DNA of 64,000 nt from Mobula hypostoma (lineage: Eukaryota). The stretch is taken from contig NC_086097.1 in NCBI RefSeq assembly GCF_963921235.1, positions 81,284,001 to 81,348,000 of the forward strand, given 5' to 3'. Shown here piece by piece: positions 12,781 through 25,840 of this stretch; within the stretch, counting starts at the first letter, position 1; each line of letters begins with the position of its first letter. The position numbers and the translations under genes were made by a program. The notes under the pieces are model-generated. The model was not told where the DNA came from. It saw nothing but the letters and a program-made list of their open reading frames with translations, and made no database searches.

Positions 12781-13679
12781 ATTATTTTCAGCTCTGTTTT
12801 CATATCTCCAATAAGACATGACTTGTGCTCTGCTCATATTGGATTGCTGTCACGGAATGAAATAGTTCGCTGAATTTCATTCTATCTGTGGGAACATCCT
12901 TCCTATTGTATAGACCAAATGTTCATTGCATCGTCTCTCGTTTCACTTGCAATCAGTAATTAAGAAACTGCAATGAAATGCAAAGGTATTCTCAACAACT
13001 CCCTGTGCTAAATATGTGGCTAATACATGACACAACTTAACTGAGGGATTGGCATAAACAGATGAACGTTCCAGGTGCCTGGTCACCTACTGAAAAAATG
13101 AGTTTCATTATTCTTAAGATGAAATTGTAACCAGATTCGCTTCTCAAACTCTTTGTAAAGAACTGAATACGTCCTTTTTATAAAAGTTCCCAGAAAGCTT
13201 AATTCTGCCTCTTGCTTTATTCCAATTTCTCTCTTCTCTGTCGATCTATTACCACTATTCTCAACTATTTTTTATTTTTGTTCAGTGTTTTGAATAAGGT
13301 GAATAATGATCTCAAGTCTTGTGCGTCAACTAGATCATGGTGATAAAAGGCATTTTAAAGAGTGGCGAACATCTTCTTTTACCTTTCATAACTCTACCTT
13401 ATAAAACACTTTTGACTCCGTCTGTAAAGTACAAAAATGTGACTTTTGGCATTATGAAATTGATGCAATATGAATCTCCCTGTTACATTCAGAATGTTAG
13501 AAGCTTAAGGCAATTAAAGCAACTGGTCATATGTTGTGGCTGTCATATTGGATTAACACCTATAACAAACCACACTGGTATGGTCAGACCTAGACTTATA
13601 TACATCCAATGCGAGCATAAAATAAACCACATTCAACAGCGTTGCTCTCACCAAGTTCCCAACACAGAGCCTGCTTAGT

Positions 13680-14190
13680 GGTTTCCAAAAACTTTGCTTG
13701 ACTAGACTTAAGAATATGAAAGTCCCATAGAGCAAGAAGGCAGTTGAGTATCCTGCAATGAGTTACTCGTCTCCCAACACCCATAGATTTTCCAACATGT
13801 ACAAGCCACGTGTCATAACAGTGATGGAATTCTCTCCACTTGACGGGATGAGTACAGCTCCAGCAACAGGTGAGAAACTCAAAGGCAAGCTTTATTGGTG
13901 CACCATCCACCACCCTAAACTGCTGGTACACGGTGTATAATATCTCCAAAATGGACTGGAGTTTCTCACGTAAGGACAAAATCAACAGGTGCACCACCTA
14001 GTTCCCACACTAAGCTGACATAGAAATATACTGGGTTTAAACGTTGCAACTTCTTATCCCAATGCACCTTGACAGTATCTTCAGCAAAAGGTTACAGCAG
14101 TTCAGGAAGGTAGCATCACCTTCTCACAGGCAGCTGGAGGTGGGCAGTAAGTGCTGGCCTTGCAAGTGATGCCCAAATCTCTAAAGTGAA
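13680..14190 (+). mobile_element. Old LINE 3' remnant (L2/CR1-group, Deu-type tail)
   Basis: YK..V..VME.SPL-like remnant and tail gggcagtaagtgctggccttgcaagtgatgccca. Confidence 0.45.
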
Positions 14191-14759
14191 AAGTGAAGGG
14201 CACTAAATCACTCTGCAGTTGGAAACATCACTCAATATTGCAGACAGTTTTCAAATGCTCCCATTTTATTGAACTACGACTGACAGTGCAATTGATACAT
14301 CACCAATATCCACAACCCTCCTTGATGAATTTGAGTACAAATAATGCTTGTTGCTGCCCTCTCAATCATTGCCATCACTACAGTTTAACAACACAAATGA
14401 CCAATAGTACATGACAAGCATTTTCTAAACACAAAAAAAGATTGGGTTGAGAAGAGACTTATTACACTTGTTGTGAAGTATCTACAGTTTCCCAATTTTT
14501 TTCTTGCAGCTGTGCAGCTGCCATATCCTCCCAGCTTTGTTGCTAACGTTGGTATAAGGCATGGGGAAATGACCACCCTAAAGGCCTCTGACAGCTTGTG
14601 TAACTTAATGAGTGATTTTGTGAAAATATAAATATCACTTACATTTAATTACATTCTAAGGGAGGATTAATGGCACTGTTCAAATAACTGGAACCTCAGT
14701 GGGTGCATTAGTCCTAGTCAGCATACAATTAGATTGATATACCATATAGGAGGTGGTGC

Positions 14760-15175
14760 AGAGGATGATACTACAAATTGGAGGGGGGTATGGTGAAGAT
14801 TGTGATGAGGATCCAGTGAGCATTTTGCAGGGATGTTAGTAAGTTAAGTGAATATGCAAGGTCAGGGAAAATGGAATAGAACATGGAAAAATGTGATGTA
14901 ATTCGCTTGGAAACAGATGAAGATTTTTTATGGAATATTAGAGCTTGCAAACTATTTGTGGTTAGGGGCACCTGGAAGTCCTTGTCTACAAATCACAGAT
15001 ACTGAACGTGGTAATACAACAAGCAATTAAGAAGTCAAATATTGGCCTTCACTGCAAAACTATTTGAGAGTTGACTTGCTTCACTTATAGACAGCCATGG
15101 TGATACTTCACCTGGAGTAGTTAATCCAAAAGCCAGCATGGGAGAGTGTAAGAAAGTTCACCAGACTGGTTCTTG
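14760..15175 (+). mobile_element. Degenerate CR1 RT remnant
   Basis: gcagaggatgatactacaaattggagg (ADDT-like) and downstream CR1-like phrases, with many stops. Confidence 0.55.
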
Positions 15176-15229
15176 GGGCTGTCAACTCATGCACTCTTGA
15201 ACTTAGAAGGCAGTGAGAGTATCTCATTG

Positions 15230-15490
15230 CAATTAACTAAGATTGACCAGGTGGTGCCTGATGGGAGCAGACAGATGGTTAGTTTGGGAGGTAACATTTT
15301 CCTTGTGCTCATTACACAGGATTTCTCCATGTGCTTGACATATGGCCATGAGGTTCTCAACATCATCCTGAATGCTCCTTCTCTTTTGAGTGATGACAAG
15401 CTGGAGGTTTCCAGGGGTCAGCAAGAATGGTGCATTTCTTCAAACATCTTCAACTTTGTTTCCCTACCCACTTGGTAATCTCCTCCCATG
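15230..15490 (-). mobile_element. RTE-like LINE 3' remnant
   Basis: Minus-strand RRSIQDDVENL...TSQTNH...SGTT remnant resembles RTE C-termini. Confidence 0.4.
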
Positions 15491-16984
15491 GTGACCCCAA
15501 TATATAATTCTCCAGTGAAGGCAACTTGCTAGCTTTAAAATTAATGATACATTGATAATATGTTTCACATTGTGTCCTAATGTAATAATAATTTACAGCA
15601 GAATAAATCAGGTTTTCATTTTGAAAATCATCATACTGTTTTGTTGGCCATTTGCACCATTAATTTATAGTGATGACAATAATTGCTGATGCTGAAACAT
15701 GGATTCATTCAATGCAACTCAATCAGTGTTCACTCCATATACCATCATTTGACCTCCAGCACTTCCCTGCCTCTCCACTGAAAAAGCAGTCCAGGATAAG
15801 CTTTTGGGCACATCGCCATTAGCCGCCAGAACCACAAACTGGCTGTCAATTAAATCCCACCCATGTGAGGAATTATTTCTCTCGATTGCTGCAAAAAATT
15901 TGAAGAATGATTACTGTTGCTTGAAGGAAGACTCAAACCTTGGCATTAAATGATGGAAGTCTCTGAATGCAAAATTTTGTTAAGACTGGATATTGGGAAT
16001 AAACAAAAATGTTTACAACAATACTTGGTGGTTGGTGCCATATTCTGCAGTCAATTAAGAGCAGGGAACTGGCATCCTTTAGCTGGTATGTGGAGGAATG
16101 GCACAGCAGGTTCTGATTGCCTGCTAGTGGTTGGTTGAGGACTTGTTACAGTGAATACTGGGGAGATTAGCGACTATGTCAGGAAGGAAGTGATACCCAC
16201 AATCAAGTTAGAAGCACGGTAATAACCTTGGACAAGTTAAATTTTCAATTTTAAATAAGGGACCAGAAGGGCTGGATCTGACCACCTTTAACTAACAACA
16301 AAGCAGATCTAGAGCTGTGAAACCCTGAATCTACATTCATAGCCTTGAGTCAGAGACAAAATTCACTAAATGGTATCCAGATGTGCATAGTGCATCATGG
16401 AATGCCACAGCAAATGCCGAGGTACGACTATTTCAGCACTTGCAAGAGATCACCACAAAATTCCTGGAACTCATAATCCGCAAGAAACAGAGGTACTGGA
16501 ATTCATAATCAACATGACACAGAGGTCAGCAATAGCAAAGAATTGAATGCGGACATCAGGAAGGGAAGTCAGGAAAACACGAACCTGTCATGATTGAGGG
16601 GTCAGCAGCGGAAGGGGTGAGCAGTTTCAAGTTTGCTGCCACAAAACAACAAATTTCATAACTAAAAACAGGGCGTGCAATGGGTAGGACAGAAGATATG
16701 AACTACAGGTTATCAGAATTATTCCTTTGTCCAACTCACATCACCAGCCCTCAAACTTCTGTCCAACTGAAATGGAGCTTGATTTCCTCTCTTTCCTGTT
16801 TCTGACAAAGGTCACAAGTCTGAAACAGTAACAGGTTCTCTTTCCACAGATGTTGTCCAACTTATTGAGGTTTTCTAGAATTTTCTGTTTTGTATTTTAA
16901 ATTACTGTAATCTGCAGTTTTTGTATCTTCTTTTAAGTAAATGTAAAATTGCATTTCTATAGAGCATAGAATTATAGGAAAAAG

Positions 16985-17530
16985 ATTGCCTCACCTATCT
17001 TCTTCGAAATGATCCCCTTTCACCTCAAATGCATACCCTCTAGTTAGATATTTCCACTGTCGGAGAAAAATACGGGCTGTCTACTCCACTTAGGCCCCTA
17101 ATAGTCTTATAAATAAACTTATAAACCTCATATTGATGACTCTATACAAAAGCTTCTTAAATTTCACCAAATTGTTTGCTTCCACAATTACCCCTGGTAA
17201 TGTATTCCAGACATCTAAAACTCTTTGCATAAAAACACTTGCCCCTTATGTCTCTTTTAAACCTCCCCTTCTAATCTTAAAAGCATATTATCTGGTCTTT
17301 CATATTTTCAACCTGGGGAAAAGATTATGCCCATCTACCCTATCTGTGCCTCTCAAAATTTAAAGACCTGTTTTAGGTCCCCTCTCAGGCTCTGCTGCTC
17401 CAGAGAAAACAACCCAAGTTTGTCCAGCTTCCCCTCATAGACATACCTTCCAATCCAGGCAGCATGCAGGTAACTCTTGTATGCGCCCTCCCCAAAGCCT
17501 CCACATCCTTTCTATAACAGGGCATCCAGA
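16985..17530 (-). mobile_element. CR1 3' fragments
   Basis: Reverse complement of the CR1 3' region seen intact at 43548-43987 (agagaaaacaacccaagtttgtccagc, ccaatccaggcagcat). Confidence 0.6.
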
Positions 17531-17559
17531 AAGTAAGTGTAAGCGTGTGCATATGTGTT

Positions 17560-18510
17560 TTATAATGTCACTGTTGCGGTCCGAATCAAAGGTGGTAACA
17601 AATCAACATACTGGAAGGAGATTAAGAACCTGGCTAAATTGTGCCACAATAACAACATCTCACTCAAAGTCCGCAAAATCAAAGAGCTGATTATTGACTA
17701 CAGGTGGAGGAAACCAGAAATCCATCAATGAGTACTCATCAGAGGATCAGAGGTGGATAGAGTCAGCAACTTAAAATTCCTCAGCCTTCACGTTTCAGAT
17801 TATCTGTCCTGTGTCCAGCGTTAACTGCCAGTACAAAGAAGTCATGGCAGTGCCTCTACTTTCCTAGATGTTTACGCAGATCTAGCACATCATCTAAAGC
17901 TTTGACAAACTTCTACAGATGCAGTGGGGAATATCCTGACTGGTTGCATCACGGCCTGGTATGGAAACACTAACACCCTTAAGTGAAAACAAAACTTCAG
18001 AAAACAGTTGAAGCAGTCCAGTCCATCACGGGTAAAGCCCTCCCCGCATTGAGCATATCTACACGGAACACTGTCACAGAGAAGCAGCATCCATCATCAA
18101 GGATACCCATCACCCAGGTCATGCTCTCTTCTCGTTGCTGCCCTCAGGGAGGAAGTACTGGAGCCTCAGATCCCACACCAGTAGGTTCAGGAACAGTTAT
18201 TACTCTCAGGCTCTTGATCTAAAGGGGATACCTTCACTCACCCTAACAGTGAACTGATTTCACAACCTGTGGACTCACTTTTAATGACTCTACAACATGA
18301 GATATTTATTGCTTGTTTATTTTCTCAGTTTGTATTTGCACAGATGTCTTATGCATATTGGTTGTTTGTCCGTCTCTGTCGTGTGTGGTTCTTCACTGAT
18401 TCTGCTGTGTTTCTTCCTAATTACTGTGAATGCTCACAAGAAAATGAATCTCAGGATAGTATATAGTGACATATATGTAACTTGATAATAGATTTACTTT
18501 GAACTTTTGA
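17560..18510 (+). mobile_element. Rex1/Babar LINE 3' part
   Basis: K.KELIIDY, FLSLHV, LTNFYRC and GCITAWYGN remnants; tail gataatagatttactttgaacttttga. Confidence 0.8.
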
Positions 18511-19809
18511 AAGACTATAAAAGAAAAGACACTTATGAAAATGTGGTTGGAGCTCATTGTTGTTGGGATAACCCTTTATGCACTGCTCCTGATTTGAGAA
18601 CATTTCATGTAGCTACCAGGTGCCAGAAATATTACTTTTCCCAGAAGCAAGCCCAGACCAATCTTCGCAAAATCACATCTATCTCTAAAATTATTTGCAG
18701 AAGATATTGCAAAACTAGCGTACATAGGAAAGTCTATTAAACACTTTCAGTTAAAATCGCTGACAATTAACAAAATTCTGGTGAAGCATTCAGCCTTTAA
18801 CAAAATAGAATTAACTCATTCTTTGCACCTTTTTTGCATTAACCACTTGTTGTGAAGAGGGTCATCAAGTTTTTCTGAAATCTACAGTCCAAACCTGCTT
18901 CAATACAGAATAAGCAGGAAAGTACAGAATTATGCAAATACATGAGAATAAGATTTAGTTTCCATTCATTGGCACAGTTTTTGATAATATATTAAAGTTT
19001 ACATTTTAGTGTCAAATTGGAGCACAAGTGATCTGTTTGCAGCAAGATGGCACAAATAACCTTGAAAAAGATCAACAGTCCCATGTGAACAAATCCACAA
19101 GCTCTACTTAAGGTTCAAGTCAATTTTATACCAATAGGACATAAATGCTCTATGACAAACCAATTGTCGAGGTAAGAAGACGAGACTGTATCTGCTAATA
19201 TTTGTCAGAATACCTTGTTCAGGTCTGCAACTAGATTTCGTAGAGGAATGCAACTCTCATTTTAGTCCAAATCACCTCAAATAAGAATCACAGAAGTCAG
19301 TACTAGTATATTTTTATTGAAATTAACCTCTCCCTAGAAAGAACTAAGCTTCTGAAATAACACCGTGTTATTTGTTGTTACAAAAAAAAAGGATAAGCTA
19401 AAATTAACATTCAACACAGCAAGCCAATTGCTTACAAAGGCCACTCTACTTAATATAAAATTGCCAACAAGCTCACAGCTAAACAATAAGAATGTTCTTG
19501 ATTCCCTGTCCCTGAGACAATCCTGCAAAGAATATATCCATAATCCAGACATTGAGGAAAATTCTTTCTCCCTTTTCCATTCAAGGAAATACCAATCCAA
19601 CATTGATACCAATTCAAGTTTGTCCTGTTCAGATATTCATCAAGCATTGAGATTAAAGAGCAGAAAACAACAAGAGAAGTGAATCAACTTCTTAAATGAA
19701 GAGAAAATTCTAATCTCAATTTCAGTTACTCGCATCTTCCAATGTGTACTTGCAAGCAAAACTAGCCACCTAACTCCAAATTAATTTTCCAATTTCAGCT
19801 ACCTACATA

Positions 19810-20150
19810 TTGTGTTCTTTGCCTATATCTAACAGTCCACCCTGGTTCTCTCTCCCTCTGTTCACCTGTTGCACCACTCCCTGTATATCCATCATTCCTC
19901 TTTTATCTGGTTCCACCCATCACCTACCAGTATCTGTCTCAACACACTGTCCTCTCCTTCCAAGTACATCTGCCTTTTATCTTGTTCCACCAATTACCTA
20001 TAAACTTCCATCTCAACCCTCCCTCTCGATCCTGCACACTGGTCATCTTATTTGTACACTCTCTGTCCTGATGCAGGGAATCAATCTGAAATGTCAACGG
20101 TTCTTTTGCATCCACAGATTTTGATTGACCTGCTGAACACTTCCAGTAAT
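19810..20150 (+). mobile_element. Old Penelope terminal remnant
   Basis: Pyrimidine-rich tract, then a degenerate hammerhead-like cctgatgcaggg...tgaaatgtcaac and ccacagat..tgacctgctgaa. Confidence 0.5.
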
Positions 20151-22840
20151 TTACATAATATTTAATTATTGATGATATTAGTGCCAATGTGGGAGCAGGA
20201 AAGAGGTATTGACATCATCAGCAAAGATCAGTCACGTGCTCTCTTTAAGACAATCACCATGCTACACAAAACTTGCCTGTGTGTCAGTTTGCTGAATTCA
20301 GCTGAGAGCTCAGCAGAATTGCTGGCGACTGCAAGCACTAGAGCTTTCACATCAGTGAGTGGTGGGTGGGCATTGACTAGGTGATGTAACCGAGAAAAAC
20401 ATCAGCAAGATGCTGTTTTACTGGCTGGCATGGTTGGAGCTTTAGAAGGGGTGTGAGGCCTTGGGATGGGGTGGCCTCCAGAAAATCGTCCATCTAAAAT
20501 TGACAATTCAGAACACAGTTGGAACTCACATTCAGTATCCATGGCAGCATTGCAAGGTAGATATCAAACTATTTGCATTATGTACCCTTCGGCTAGGTCT
20601 CCCAAAATACAGAAACAAACTACAACAAATTCAGAGTGGATCTCGTTATTAATGGACTTATTATTTCACTTGCAAGGGGAGGTATACTTCCAGCCAAATT
20701 TCACCTGAAAATATAGCTCCAATCTTGTGATTAACCCAAAGCACTTTAAATACATTTTTACAACAGAACGGTAATTAGGTTGCTGCATTATATTCCTCTA
20801 TTATCTTGTTCTAACATTTGCTCTTTAGAAACTCCATCCTGTTTCCCTCTGTTGTCAAAACATCTTCTCCGGCCATAAAACAAATTGCCAGTCATAAAAG
20901 ATAACTTCCTCCCATCAAACACATAGGCTTCCCATGCAAACCAGCAAAGCACCTGAGGCTGGAGGACTGCCTGTGTGTGAGTGGGTGGAGGGGCGAGGAA
21001 GGGGCTTGATTGGCTTTTGCTTACTTACTTTGTTTTGCTGTTGCTGTACTTGCTGCTTGTGTTGTTCTGCTGAATATTGTAGGCATGCTATATTGGTGCT
21101 GGGACGTGTGATAAAGCTTGCGGACTGCCCCAAGCACATCCTTGGGTGTGTCGGTTGTTAACACAAATAATACCTGTACATTTCATTGTATGTTTCAACG
21201 TGCATGTGATAAATAAATTTGAATCTGAGAACAATAAGTTGTAATTGTGCTAACTGTAGAGCCCTTATATTCTAATCACGAGAAACATGACAAAAAAAAT
21301 CAATTGACATGTCACCACTTTTGAGCACCAAACTTAATACAGCCATGTAATATAACAACACAACATTTTATTTTATTCTGACACATCTGTGAACTGCAAA
21401 GTCCTTTAGTACAAGCTTTGAATCTATATTTGTGGACTGGGAAGGTGTGTGATCGTGAACAACATACAGGAGAGATGGAGAGGTGAGGAACAAAGGTGTA
21501 GCTGTTTATCTTGCTTGTAAGATATCTACCCAGAATGCTCTCCCACACTATGCTTAGTACGTAACACAAAGAGAGGCTTGACAGCAACTCGTAAGGTTCA
21601 AAATATACATGAATACATAACATAACCCTCCTCCCTTACATTAAAGGTTTCTCCCCCTTTCCCATACACAGACCAGCTACTGAACTATTAACATTCAACA
21701 GCCTAATCATTAAATTCAACCAACAACAAAAAAAAAATATTTTTCTAAACTACTGTAAGGAAAGATTCTTCCCATGTGCTGAGGGTTAGTCAGTAAACTA
21801 GAGATTGAATCTGTCTGGAGGCCACCTGTTACTGCGAGGGTATCAATGATCTGAGGATGATGCCTAAGTCGTTTTATCTCTTGGGACTGTATATATGGAT
21901 ATTGGCTTGGGTACTGCATTGTCAGTAAGGGGCTCCTCAGAAAGCACTGTTGATGGGAAAGTACTGGCTGTGTCATTTGTTCTTAACTAAGGTTCTGCAG
22001 TTGTTGTCTCAGAATCCTGTCCTATTTCTGCAACTGGATCTGGATTGATCAGTTTGTGTTGGTTTTCAGTAGCCTCAGAAATGGGCAACAGCTGATCAAC
22101 ATGCCTTCCCCAGTTACTAGCTTCCACTGCGTACAACCCAGGACCAGTTTGTGCCACCATTGTCACAGGTATCAACTTTGTTCCAGAGACATAGTTCCAA
22201 GCAAGTACTCTCTCTCCTGCTGTGAAACTTCTGTACTTTGGGCCATCTCTCTGCTTGGGTTTCTGTTCATTTAGCACAATCTGTTATGCGTTTGGGTGTC
22301 TTAGCAGGTCAAGCCAGTTGGGAAGCTATCTGCTCATCAGAGCAAGGAAGTGTGAAAATGCAGGTTGAAGGATCCACTTCCCACTGAAGTCTCAAGGGTT
22401 TGTTTCATTGTTTGGATGAATTGTTCAGCAAGGCCATTAGTGGCTGGAGGATATGGTGCTGAATACAGTTCGCTTCTAGAAATGCCTTGAACTCTTTTGT
22501 GGGCCATTGTCACTTACAAGTTGCTGAGAAAGCCCAAAATGGCCAAACATGGAATGTAGCTCCTCAATGCATTTTTCATTTGTAGTGCTTTTCACAATGG
22601 CAACCTCGGGCTATTTGCTGGGTGCATCCACTTTGACCAAGAACTTGTGGCCTTCTACAGGTCCTGCAAAATCTATGTAAATGGCTCTTCAAGGCCATTC
22701 CCATGGATGCAAAGGAGCAAACTGAGGAACATTTCTCACTTGCTGACCATGTGGGCATGTTTTGGCCTTCTCTTCAATGATTACATCCAGTCCTGGCTAT
22801 CAGAAATAGCTGCATGTGATTTACTTCAAGTGCCCTACAC

Positions 22841-23814
22841 CAGCGGTCCCCAACCACCAGGCCGCGGACCAGTGCCAGGCGGCAAAGCATGTGCTACTGG
22901 GCTGCCAGGAAATGATATGATTTGGCGACATGAGTCAGCTGCACCTTTCCTCATTCCCTGTCACGCCCACTGTTGAGCTTGAACGCACACGAGGTCATTA
23001 CACACGCGTCACCCATGTCAGCGCGGGAAGAAGATCAACTCCTCGAGCTTGCAAATGACGGTGGGCTGAAAAGTATGTGTGACATAACATCTCTGCCGGC
23101 ATTCTGGATCAAAGTCAAAGCTAAATATCCTGAGTTAGCCACAAAAGCACTGAAAATGTTGCTTCCATTTCCAACATATCTCTGCAAGGAATGCAACGAA
23201 AACTAAATTGCGGAATAGACTGGACATAAGGAACCCCCTTCGAGTATCGCTGTCTCCCATCACCCCTCGATGGGACCATCTTGTTGCAGGGAAACAAGCC
23301 CAGGGCTCCCACTGATTCAGCGATATTGGTGTGTTGCAATGATTTTATATGTTCATACGGAGAAATTATGTGCTGTGTGTTTAATATCCAAAAGTTACTT
23401 AAAAGGTTATGATGCTATTGACTTATAAGTGACTTATACAGTAATTGACTTATCACTATATTCATGCGAGGAAAATATGCGCTGTGTGTTTAATATTAAA
23501 TTCGTTAGATAAACCCTTTTAGAAACGAAATTGAGAGTATTAGCCACTAAAAAGTGACTTATAGTTGACTGGTTCCGGTCGTGATTAACACCCCCCCACA
23601 AAAGAATGGCCAAAAACAATTTGTAGAAAAAAAATCAGCACGTACATGCATGTGCAAGTCACGCATGCACACACAGGTGCCAACGCAAGGTTTCATGGTA
23701 ATTGTAGTCTTCTCGGGGCAAACACAACGTATTTGACGGTTACTCTTATCTGTTGGCAACCCTACTCCCCACTGGTTGGCCGGTCCGCCGTGCAAAAAAG
23801 GTTGGGGACCCCTG
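22841..23814 (+). mobile_element. Internally deleted hAT (Charlie/Buster-type) DNA transposon nested in gypsy
   Basis: TIRs cagcggtccccaacc / ggttggggacccctg and perfect 8-bp TSD ccctacac (22833-22840, 23815-23822). Dimerisation-domain remnant FWIKVKAKYPELATKALKMLLPFPT. Confidence 0.92.
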
Positions 23815-25840
23815 CCCTACACCACAGTGTCTTACATGTAGTTCGTCAAGCACTTGCCTTTTCAATGGCGGGGGAATGACAACACGGAAGCCCCACAGTA
23901 AACACTGTGCTTGGACTGTGATTCCCTTCCATTGAGCCTGGTAACTTTTCAGTTCTATGGTTGGTTTTCCTGTCTATTTGTGAGGTCATCATGCCCACCA
24001 CTTTAGATAGAACAGGGTCAGTACCTGTGTGCTTCTGGGCTTGTGCCACACTTATCAGAGCTGTACGAACTTCCTTGAAGCAAAAAAAATCTCTTTTCAG
24101 GATGGCTCTGGAACTGTAACAGCTAAGGATAATCTGGATAGTCCACCAGCATTTGAACGGTGGTCAGACCTCCTGTACTTCATTGTACTGATATGCAGAC
24201 AGTAACAGAGCCCAATGTTGCATTCGATTAGCAGCCAGGGAAGGAGTTCCCGTATGTGGACCAAAATTTGATGTCAAGGGGTGATAATCTGTCAATACTG
24301 TAAATCGTTGACCAAAGAGGAATTGATAGAATTTCTTAACTCCAAGGACAATTGCGACTTCATCCCACTCAATTTGGAAACAGTGGCTTTCTGCCTTGCT
24401 TAATGTCTTTGATGCTGAAAACGATTGGGTGCAGATGCTCTTTACCGATGGCGTGATGTGTGAGATAATTGCCCCACACCATAGGGTGATGTATTGCAGG
24501 TCTACTGTATCAGCTATGACAGGTTGAAGTGTGTGAGTGCTTCAGACTGTGACAAAGCTGTTATGGTCTTTTTAAAAGCCTCTTCACAGTAACTTGTCCA
24601 CTTTCAGTGTGTCAATTTATTTGAAAACACACAAAGTGGTTTCAACGTGCTAGCTAGGTTAGGAACAAACTTTGAGAAGATTGTTAGTAGTCTAAAAAGG
24701 ATCTTAATTGACTTGCATTCTGTGGTGATGGAGCCTCCACTATTGCCTTCACCTTTGATAGTGCCTTGTGAAACCTTGAGTTGTCCACATTTGAAGGCCT
24801 TAAGAACTCACAATTACCCTTGCAGACGCTTAATCTATTTTCCATGAGTCTTTGCAATGTAGCATCCAAGTTTTGTCAGTAATCACACTCACCTTTTCCA
24901 GTAATGAATAAGCCATCCAAATAGCATGAAGTCAACCCACTCAGGATCTGGTCCATCGCTCGCTGAAAAATTGCAGGCACCCATTTGATGACAAGTGGAA
25001 GCCTTTGGTACCTAAACATACCTTTGAGAGTCACTATGGTCAACAGTTCCTGAGACTCTGGCTCCGTAAGCATCTTCAAGGATGCTTGATACAAGTCAAT
25101 CTTGCTAAATGTCTGCCTCCGGCCAATCCTGCAAAGAGGTCTTCAATGAGGAGAAGAAGATATTGTTCAGCCATAAGAACTGAGTTAATGGTTACACAGA
25201 GTTCCTCACAAAGCCCTAACGACCCATCCCTTTTTAGAACAGGAACCACTGGAGTTGCCCATTTACTTATACACACTAGATCAAATACCTTACTTTGGAA
25301 TAGTCTTTCCAATTCAGCCTCGAGCTTTGGTTTGAGGGCACATGGAACTGGTCTTGAATTCAGGCATTTGATCATTGTGTCAGGCTTAACAGCCAGCTTA
25401 ACAATGACTCCTTTCATATTGCCCAGTTCTCTGTTGAATACTTCTGCACGTTTCTTTAACACCCCTGTGGACAATGCTCCCACCAAGCAAGTGCACTTCA
25501 TGTGAGTTGAATTTGAGCTGTTCCAACCTCGAGCGACCCAGAAGCCCTGGATAACAACCTTTAACAATGTAGAGTGGAACTTTCTTTCTCTGTTTGTTAA
25601 TCTCCATTGTAACATGCACTACTCCCTCCACTGGAACAACCTCATAACTGTAGGTCTTTAAAGTCAACCTTGTCCCTTCTGGGGTGAGATGCTGTAATTT
25701 CTCTTTGTAAACTGTCTCTGACACCAAGATCTTCTTGAATTGAAGTGAATCCACAGGATGCATGTCCACCTGCAACCTCACTGTGACCCCGGCCAACCAC
25801 AGGGTCACCCAGTAGTCATCTCTGTGTCTTAAAATAGATA

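Noticed and set aside
13653..13702. Phase-compatible candidate exon (VKQSFWKPLSRLCVGNL)
   Set aside because: Its acceptor side appears to lie within an old LINE remnant.
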